In this document: in pieces, positions 1-4,324 of the stretch
How the letters are laid out: every line of letters starts with the position of its first letter
Numbering within the stretch: the first letter of the stretch is position 1
Virus record (IMG/VR): IMGVR_UViG_3300045988_056348
Direction: 5' to 3' (one strand)
Source: a virus
DNA length: 5,895 nucleotides
The notes under the pieces: model-generated
What the model was told of the DNA's origin: nothing
What the model saw: the letters and a program-made list of their open reading frames with translations, nothing else
The model's database searches: none
Translations under genes and position numbers: made by a program

Positions 1-1
1 A

Positions 2-838
2 CAGTACGTCCAGACAATGAGCCAAGACGATGCAAACTTTCTTGACACATGGTTAGGAACAGACCTAACCAACATCGAAGCCACAACAATCAACCAGCTA
101 CGCCAAGCATTTGCAGTTCAGCAATATTATGAAGCGCTGGCACGTGGCGGCAGCCGTTACCGTGAACAGGTAAGGGCGCTGTATGGCGTAAGCATCAGTG
201 ACAAAACTGTACAGATTCCAGAATATTTGGGTGGTGGACGCTACCACGTCAACATGAACCAAATCGTACAAACCAGCGGTCAGGAAGCAGAAAACGGAAC
301 GCCGATTGGCGAAACAGGCGCAATGTCAATCACTCCAATCAACGAAAGTTCTTTCACAAAAAGCTTTGAAGAGCACGGCTTTGTAATTGGTGTAATGTGT
401 GTGCGTCACGAACGCAGCTATCAACAGGGACTTGAAAGATTCTGGAGCCGAAACGACCGATTAGATTACTACTTCCCGCAGTTCGCAAATATCGGCGAAC
501 AGCCTGTAAAGAAGAAAGAGATCATGTTGACTGGCACGAACACAGATGATGAGACATTCGGTTATCAGGAAGCATGGGCCGATTATCGCATGAAACCGAA
601 CAGAGTAAGCGGCAAAATGCGAAGCAATGCAGAAGGAACGCTAGACTTCTGGCACTATGCAGACAACTACAATGAAACACCAACGCTAAGCCAAGAGTGG
701 ATGAGCGAAGGGAAAAACGAAATCGCGCGAACACTGATAGTACAGGATGAACCCCAATTCTTCGGAGCAATCAGAGTGATGAATAAAACAACACGCTGCA
801 TGCCGCTGTATAGTGTTCCGGGTCTGGATAAACTGTAA
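2..838 (+). CDS. VP1: Major capsid protein VP1 (phiX F-like), C-terminal 278 aa; the N-terminal 300 aa are at 4942-5840 plus base 1, across the circular junction
   Basis: The frame of track ORF 17-838 stays open back to base 2. It is in phase with the open frame 4942-5895 once the 55-nt terminal overlap is collapsed (899 + 838 = 1737 nt = 578 aa + stop). The segment TINQLRQAFAVQQYYEALARGGSRYREQVRALYGV matches the conserved Microviridae capsid signature as I recall it. TAA stop at 836-838. Confidence 0.92.
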   Translation, partial: QYVQTMSQDDANFLDTWLGTDLTNIEATTINQLRQAFAVQQYYEALARGGSRYREQVRALYGVSISDKTVQIPEYLGGGRYHVNMNQIVQTSGQEAENGTPIGETGAMSITPINESSFTKSFEEHGFVIGVMCVRHERSYQQGLERFWSRNDRLDYYFPQFANIGEQPVKKKEIMLTGTNTDDETFGYQEAWADYRMKPNRVSGKMRSNAEGTLDFWHYADNYNETPTLSQEWMSEGKNEIARTLIVQDEPQFFGAIRVMNKTTRCMPLYSVPGLDKL

Positions 839-849
839 AGAAAGGAGAA

Positions 850-876
850 AGCCCGGGAAAACCGGGCTAATTTTAT
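850..876 (+). terminator. Short hairpin plus T4 between VP1 and VP2; possible partial terminator or attenuator
   Basis: AGCCCGG (850-856) pairs perfectly with CCGGGCT (862-868), loop GAAAA, followed by AATTTTAT (T4 at 871-874). The 7-bp stem and short T run suggest a weak terminator at most. Confidence 0.35.
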
Positions 877-877
877 A

Positions 878-1711
878 ATGGCAGGATTAGGAACAGCAAT
901 CATGGGCGGACTGGCAAAAGCAGGAACGTGGTTAGCAAGTCATCCAGAAGTAGTAACAACAGGAATGTCACTTCTGGGAAACGGACTATCAAGCTTCTAC
1001 GGACAGCAGAGCCAAAGCCAAAGCACAGGCAGTAACACGAGCCAGAGCCAAGGCGGTGGGCAGAGTACATCCATGAGCGAAGGCGGCACAAACGACAAGC
1101 AAATCATGGACTATCTCAACAGATACTACCAATGGCAAGGCAGTCAGAATGCTTTCCAAAGTAAAACAAACCGACAAAATATGTTAATGCAGATGGGCTA
1201 TAACACGTTAGGAGCAATCCAACAGGGAATTTATAACCACATCGAACAAAACGCCGCTATGGCATACAACAGCGCCGAAGCACTGGCAAACAGGCAGTTC
1301 CAAGAGCGTATGAGCAGTACATCATACCAAAGAGCCGTTGAAGATATGCGAAAAGCGGGATTAAATCCAATTTTAGCATACGCACAAGGCGGAGCAAGCA
1401 CGCCGGGCGGCTCAGGCGCAACAATCACAGGCGCAAGCATGAGTATGCCGACATCAAGCGCACTAGGAGTGTCTGCGCTAAACGGCAACGTTCCAAACAG
1501 CTACTACAACCACAGTGAAAGTAAGTCACAATGGTATCAGCTGGCAGAAGCCGTAGGCAGTCAGATGAGCACAAGTAACACCAGTCCATACCAGCTAACA
1601 GAAGACCTACTCAAAACATGGAAACAACTGGAAAAAGCAGAAAAAACAGTGCCGTTTGAAGCAGGCGGTGGAAAATTCAGCACAGGAAAAGGGGGAAACA
1701 GAAAGAAATGA
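878..1711 (+). CDS. VP2: VP2 minor capsid / DNA pilot protein (phiX H-like), 277 aa
   Basis: It lies directly after VP1. It has a Gly/Ala-rich N-terminus, an S/Q/G-rich low-complexity linker and the block NRQFQERMSSTSYQRAVEDMRKAGLNPILAYAQGG, which I recognise as the conserved gokushovirus VP2 motif. Its TGA stop overlaps the VP4 ATG (ATGA at 1708-1711). An alternative start is ATG 902. Confidence 0.85.
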   Translation: MAGLGTAIMGGLAKAGTWLASHPEVVTTGMSLLGNGLSSFYGQQSQSQSTGSNTSQSQGGGQSTSMSEGGTNDKQIMDYLNRYYQWQGSQNAFQSKTNRQNMLMQMGYNTLGAIQQGIYNHIEQNAAMAYNSAEALANRQFQERMSSTSYQRAVEDMRKAGLNPILAYAQGGASTPGGSGATITGASMSMPTSSALGVSALNGNVPNSYYNHSESKSQWYQLAEAVGSQMSTSNTSPYQLTEDLLKTWKQLEKAEKTVPFEAGGGKFSTGKGGNRKK

Positions 1712-2727
1712 GTTGTTACAAGCCGTTAATAAGGCTGTACAACCCGAACAACAAAGAACAAAGCGGGCGGGTATATTCACTTGCCCGCTTTTCTAAGCTA
1801 AGCGGAAAACAGCTAAAATATGAAGATTTAATGTATAATCCAAAAATCATGCTAATTCCATGCGGACAATGTATTGGATGCAGAATCAGACAACGTGAAG
1901 ATTGGACAACAAGAATAGAACTGGAAGCGCGAGACTATCCGAAAGAGCAAGTATGGTTTATAACACTAACTTATGACGATGATCATGTGCCGGGCATGAT
2001 AATAAAAACAGGAGAAATCATGCGAAAGGTACAGTACACGTGGAAGCCGGGAGAGAAGCGCCCTAGCAGTGTTCAAATTTTACTGTATGAGGACATTCAA
2101 AAGTTTCTAAAACGTCTCAGAAAGGCTAACAAGGGCAAATTACGCTATTTTGTAGCGGGTGAATACGGAGAGCAGACAGCAAGACCACATTACCACATGA
2201 TTCTATATGGCTGGAAACCAACAGACCTGGAAAATCTATACAAGATTCATCACAACGGGTACTATAACAGTAAATGGTTGTCAGACATATGGGGAATGGG
2301 TCAAATACAGATAGCACAAGCAGTTCCAGAAACATATAGATATGTTGCGGGATATGTAACAAAAAAAATGTACGAAATAGGCGACAAAAAAGCTAATGAA
2401 TACTACGAGCTAGGCCAAACAAAACCATTTGCATGCATGAGCTTAAAGCCGGGTCTCGGAGATAAATACTATCAAGAGCACAAAGCGGAGATCTGGCGAC
2501 AAGGCTACATTCAGTGTACCAACGGAAAAAGAGCACAAATACCAAGGTACTATGAAAAACAAATGGAAGCAGAAAACCCACAAAGATTGTGGAGAATTAA
2601 ACAGAACCGACAGAAAAACACAATGGAGCAAAAGAGACTACAGCTAGAAGGTCAAGACTATAAAAAAGTCTTAGAGACCAAAGAACGTGTCACCAAAAAA
2701 CAAACGAAGAAACGTGGCATTTTATAA
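1708..2727 (+). CDS. VP4: VP4 replication initiation protein (HUH rolling-circle endonuclease, phiX A-like), 339 aa
   Basis: Cys cluster PCGQCIGCR, motif FITLTYDD, and HUH motif PHYHMILYG (H161/H163). The double-tyrosine motif YVAGYVTKK (Y212 at 2341-2343, Y216 at 2353-2355) closely resembles phiX174 protein A YVAKYVNKK. SD-like AAGGGGGAA lies at 1690-1698. Confidence 0.94.
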   Translation: MSCYKPLIRLYNPNNKEQSGRVYSLARFSKLSGKQLKYEDLMYNPKIMLIPCGQCIGCRIRQREDWTTRIELEARDYPKEQVWFITLTYDDDHVPGMIIKTGEIMRKVQYTWKPGEKRPSSVQILLYEDIQKFLKRLRKANKGKLRYFVAGEYGEQTARPHYHMILYGWKPTDLENLYKIHHNGYYNSKWLSDIWGMGQIQIAQAVPETYRYVAGYVTKKMYEIGDKKANEYYELGQTKPFACMSLKPGLGDKYYQEHKAEIWRQGYIQCTNGKRAQIPRYYEKQMEAENPQRLWRIKQNRQKNTMEQKRLQLEGQDYKKVLETKERVTKKQTKKRGIL

Positions 2728-2739
2728 TTGGTGTCACCT

Positions 2740-2776
2740 AGCCCAGTACCTATCAAGTAAGGTACTGGGCTTTATT
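2740..2776 (+). terminator. Rho-independent terminator downstream of VP4
   Basis: A perfect 12-bp stem, AGCCCAGTACCT (2740-2751) with AGGTACTGGGCT (2760-2771), 8-nt loop, then TTTATT. It begins 13 nt after the VP4 stop, at the end of the gene string. Confidence 0.6.
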
Positions 2777-2784
2777 GCTCTAAT

Positions 2785-2835
2785 CGCGCACACACGCGCA
2801 CGCGAAAAGCTACACGCGCACGTGTGCGCACGTAT
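2785..2835. repeat. GC-rich repeat block: four GCGCAC boxes in 10-bp phase within two alternating pyrimidine/purine tracts
   Basis: GCGCAC starts at 2786, 2796, 2816 and 2826 (offsets 10, 20, 10). The 11-mer ACACGCGCACG occurs at 2792-2802 and 2812-2822. GTGCGCAC (2824-2831) is an 8-bp palindrome. Strict Py/Pu alternation holds over 2785-2804 (20 nt) and 2811-2835 (25 nt). Confidence 0.7.
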
Positions 2836-2870
2836 TATAATATAACTTGTTGTAGGAGTAGTAGTAGAGT

Positions 2871-3028
2871 ATGTGGAAAAGTTGAAAACCATTATTTTAT
2901 AACGATAGAGCGTAAAAAACAGCTAAAAAGAATGGTTGAAAGATATGTTGAAAACTTGTTGAATTGTTGAAACACTCTGTTGTGTTAAAGTTTAACAATG
3001 TTAAAATGTTGAAAACTATGTTGAAAAG
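2871..3028 (+). repeat. Iteron-like array: nine direct copies of (A)TGTTGAAAA(C)
   Basis: Copies: 2872-2880 TGTGGAAAA, 2881-2889 GTTGAAAAC, 2935-2941 GTTGAAA, 2945-2955 ATGTTGAAAAC, 2958-2964 GTTGAAT, 2966-2973 GTTGAAAC, 2998-3006 ATGTTAAAA, 3006-3016 ATGTTGAAAAC, 3018-3028 ATGTTGAAAAG. All have the same orientation. No + strand ORF longer than about 12 codons is open here. By eye GTTGAA occurs only once elsewhere in the genome (1337-1342). Confidence 0.75.
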
Positions 3029-3065
3029 TCAATAGAAGCAATCCGGAATCGAACGGGAAAGTCAC

Positions 3066-3112
3066 GGCCGCGCTTCGCTGAAAGTTGCGCCGCGTAGCGC
3101 GCAACAGCGGCC
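3066..3112 (+). other. Compound GC-rich stem-loop in the non-coding region (candidate ssDNA structural or origin element)
   Basis: Outer stem GGCCGC (3066-3071) pairs with GCGGCC (3107-3112). Inner stem GTTGCGC (3084-3090) pairs with GCGCAAC (3099-3105), 8-nt loop. It contains the 12-mer GCCGCGCTTCGC (3067-3078), repeated exactly at 3453-3464. Confidence 0.45.
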
Positions 3113-3117
3113 ATCTA

Positions 3118-3170
3118 ATGAAAAATTTTTCTAAAAAAAACTTGACAAAATCAAAAAAATATGATAAAAT
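3118..3170 (+). promoter_or_regulatory. Near-consensus sigma70/sigmaA-type promoter with UP-like A/T tracts and an extended -10
   Basis: TTGACA at 3142-3147, a 17-nt spacer, TG at 3162-3163 and TAAAAT at 3165-3170 (TGnTAAAAT). A5T5 (3121-3130) and A8 (3133-3140) lie immediately upstream. SD AGGAAGGA (3183-3190) and ATG 3198 follow. Confidence 0.7.
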
Positions 3171-3197
3171 ATAATCAAAGAAAGGAAGGAACCGAAA

Positions 3198-3392
3198 ATG
3201 AAACACACATACGAACTAAGAAAACTTGAAAATGACAACATCAGCACGACCACGGTACTGACACTAGTTGCAGAGCCAAAAATCGCAAAACAAAAAGCAG
3301 CAGACTACGCAAACAGCAATCCGGGACTGTACACCCTACGAAGAGTAGAAACAGTAGGGGTGTATTTCACCGAAATCAACGAAAAAAAATAA
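3198..3392 (+). CDS. Hypothetical 64-aa protein, the first gene after the consensus promoter
   Basis: ATG lies 7 nt after a strong SD (AGGAAGGA). It is flanked by the promoter (3142-3170) and the terminator (3402-3430). I see no transmembrane segment and no recognisable motif. Confidence 0.7.
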   Translation: MKHTYELRKLENDNISTTTVLTLVAEPKIAKQKAADYANSNPGLYTLRRVETVGVYFTEINEKK

Positions 3393-3401
3393 AATAAATC
3401 A

Positions 3402-3430
3402 AACCCGGAGTTGACAACTCCGGGTTTTTA
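3402..3430 (+). terminator. Rho-independent terminator after the 64-aa ORF
   Basis: AACCCGGAGTT (3402-3412) pairs perfectly with AACTCCGGGTT (3417-3427), loop GACA. The T5 run (3425-3429) is partly shared with the stem. The upstream flank is A-rich, so it could act in both directions. Confidence 0.8.
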
Positions 3431-3439
3431 TGTTACAGT
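3411..3439 (+). promoter_or_regulatory. Possible second promoter embedded in the terminator hairpin
   Basis: TTGACA at 3411-3416 spans the end of the left arm (TT) and the loop (GACA) of the terminator. After a 17-nt spacer come TG at 3431-3432 and TACAGT at 3434-3439 (4/6 to TATAAT, extended -10 context). It would drive the peptidase gene string. Confidence 0.3.
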
Positions 3440-3469
3440 AAAAAAAAAAATCGCCGCGCTTCGCGCGGC
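3440..3469 (+). promoter_or_regulatory. A11 homopolymer followed by an all-GC hairpin in the peptidase leader
   Basis: A11 at 3440-3450. GCCGCGC (3453-3459) pairs with GCGCGGC (3463-3469), loop TTC. On the minus strand this reads as a hairpin followed by T11. Confidence 0.4.
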
Positions 3470-3483
3470 AGAAAGGAAACCGC

Positions 3484-3867
3484 GTGAAGCACTTAATCTA
3501 TGTAAAGACAGACTACGGAAAAGTGAGCGAGCACTTCAAAGCAAAGGAGTTTCAGTGCAAAGACAAAACCGATGGAATACTGATTGCAACCGAACTGTTA
3601 GACACACTGGAAAAAATAAGAAACCACTTCAATGCACCGGTCATCATAAACAGCGGATACAGAACACCAAGCTGGAACAGCAAAGTAAACGGAGCATCAA
3701 ATTCATACCACTGCAAAGGAATGGCCGCCGATATCGTAGTGAAAGGACACGGCAGCAGAGAAGTCGCAAAATACGCAGACAGTATCATGGAACAGGGCGG
3801 AGTAATCAGATACACAAACTTTACACACGTAGACGTGCGTGAAGAACGGTACAGAAAGGGGGTGTAG
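3484..3867 (+). CDS. Zinc metallopeptidase, family M15 (VanY / YcbK-DUF882 / Peptidase_M15_3-like cell-wall peptidase), 127 aa; probable lysis or peptidoglycan-remodelling enzyme
   Basis: GTG start with SD GAAAGGAAA (3470-3478). Family signature: EFxC near the N-terminus, SGYRTPSWNSKVNGASNSYHCKGMAADI (SxHxxGxAxD; H76 at 3709-3711, D83) and a distal THVD (H115). No signal peptide or transmembrane segment. Confidence 0.88.
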   Translation: MKHLIYVKTDYGKVSEHFKAKEFQCKDKTDGILIATELLDTLEKIRNHFNAPVIINSGYRTPSWNSKVNGASNSYHCKGMAADIVVKGHGSREVAKYADSIMEQGGVIRYTNFTHVDVREERYRKGV

Positions 3868-3870
3868 TCA

Positions 3871-3975
3871 ATGGCACTGATTAAGGTCAAAGACCTACGG
3901 GAAGCAATCCAGCTGATTAAAACTGTTATTGAGAAGCTGGACCAGATTTACCACATTCTGAAAGAGGAGAAGTAA
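3871..3975 (+). CDS. Small hypothetical protein, 34 aa (below the ORF-track cutoff)
   Basis: ATG lies 3 nt after the peptidase TAG stop (3865-3867), with SD AAAGGGGG (3855-3862). Product: MALIKVKDLREAIQLIKTVIEKLDQIYHILKEEK, amphipathic-helix-like. It fills the gap between flanking genes exactly. TAA at 3973-3975. Confidence 0.45.
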   Translation: MALIKVKDLREAIQLIKTVIEKLDQIYHILKEEK

Positions 3976-3980
3976 AGACT

Positions 3981-4202
3981 ATGTTAAAGAAGACATGGAA
4001 CGTGAGAGATCAGACCGAAACAGATTTAAGGCTGGAAGCAGATAAGTTATACCGCAAAATCGAAGTCGGATATAAAATGCTCAAAAAATTATCTAACATC
4101 GAAGACGCAAAAAAAATGATCGACAGAATCTGGATAATGAAAACATGGGCTAACGATATCCAGTTAGAATTAACCAGAAGGGAGTACAGCAATGAAGCAT
4201 AG
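3981..4202 (+). CDS. Hypothetical 73-aa protein
   Basis: SD GAGGAG (3964-3969) precedes the ATG. It overlaps the next gene by 11 nt. The product is charged and probably helical, with no recognisable motif. Confidence 0.65.
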   Translation: MLKKTWNVRDQTETDLRLEADKLYRKIEVGYKMLKKLSNIEDAKKMIDRIWIMKTWANDIQLELTRREYSNEA

Positions 4203-4311
4203 AAAGCGGATGCCGGTACGCACTGACAAGCGAATGTTCAACGTAACGGCACGAAAAACAAAGAGTATCAACCTCAGCCAGAAACCCATGAGGGGCGGCA
4301 TCAGACTGTAA
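4192..4311 (+). CDS. Small basic DNA-binding protein (gokushovirus VP8 / phiX J-like), 39 aa (below the ORF-track cutoff)
   Basis: Product: MKHRKRMPVRTDKRMFNVTARKTKSINLSQKPMRGGIRL. It is very basic and ends in MRGGIRL, which I recognise from the small DNA-packaging proteins of gokushoviruses. SD GAAGGGAG (4177-4184). TAA at 4309-4311. Confidence 0.8.
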   Translation: MKHRKRMPVRTDKRMFNVTARKTKSINLSQKPMRGGIRL

Positions 4312-4324
4312 AGGAGAAAAGAAA

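Noticed and set aside
2836-2841. Perfect TATAAT hexamer after the GC-rich block, as a promoter -10
   Set aside because: There is no -35-like hexamer at 16-18 nt upstream (the sequence there is CACGCG) and no TG extension. No ORF follows for more than 350 nt. It is more likely just part of the AT-rich block.
2823-3006. dif/XerCD-like recombination site, as used by some gokushovirus prophages: GTGCGCA at 2824-2830 and ATGTTAAAA at 2998-3006
   Set aside because: Against E. coli dif as I recall it (GGTGCGCATAA-TGTATA-TTATGTTAAAT), 2823-2850 matches 7/11 in the XerC arm but only 4/11 in the XerD arm. 2979-3006 matches 6/11 and 8/11 and lacks the inner ATAA/TTAT symmetry. The host dif is unknown, so comparison with candidate host dif sites could reopen this.
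2871-3028. CRISPR array as an explanation for the GTTGAAAAC repeats
   Set aside because: The repeats are only 7-11 nt long, irregularly spaced (8-54 bp) and often directly abutting. There are no spacer-sized unique inserts and no cas genes.
3041-3056. tRNA-like T-loop on the minus strand (reverse complement reads GTTCGATTC)
   Set aside because: The flanking bases do not form a 5-bp T stem (only the closing G-C pairs). I could not build acceptor, D or anticodon arms from the surrounding sequence.
2844-3146. phiX174-origin-like AACTTG motif (the phiX nick site is CAACTTG/ATATTAATAAC) at 2844-2849, 2952-2957 and 3139-3144
   Set aside because: Only the hexamer is shared. The best extended alignment (3138-3155) is 11/18 in AT-rich sequence. 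The hexamer also occurs in coding DNA (3223-3228). This is too weak to call an origin.
2985-3206. Minus-strand 73-aa ORF across the non-coding region and the promoter
   Set aside because: The F-rich product comes from reading the A/T tracts and iterons backwards. It runs through the consensus + promoter and the GC hairpin, and I see no SD or promoter of its own.
3411-3842. 143-aa Arg/Lys-rich + strand ORF overlapping the peptidase gene in another frame (tempting as a phiX-style overlapping gene or basic DNA-binding protein)
   Set aside because: Its only start is a TTG inside the terminator hairpin, with GGAG directly abutting it (zero spacing). It contains no internal ATG. The K/R/Q/N-rich composition is the expected off-frame product of A-rich DNA. 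A genuine J/VP8-like basic protein already exists at 4192-4311.
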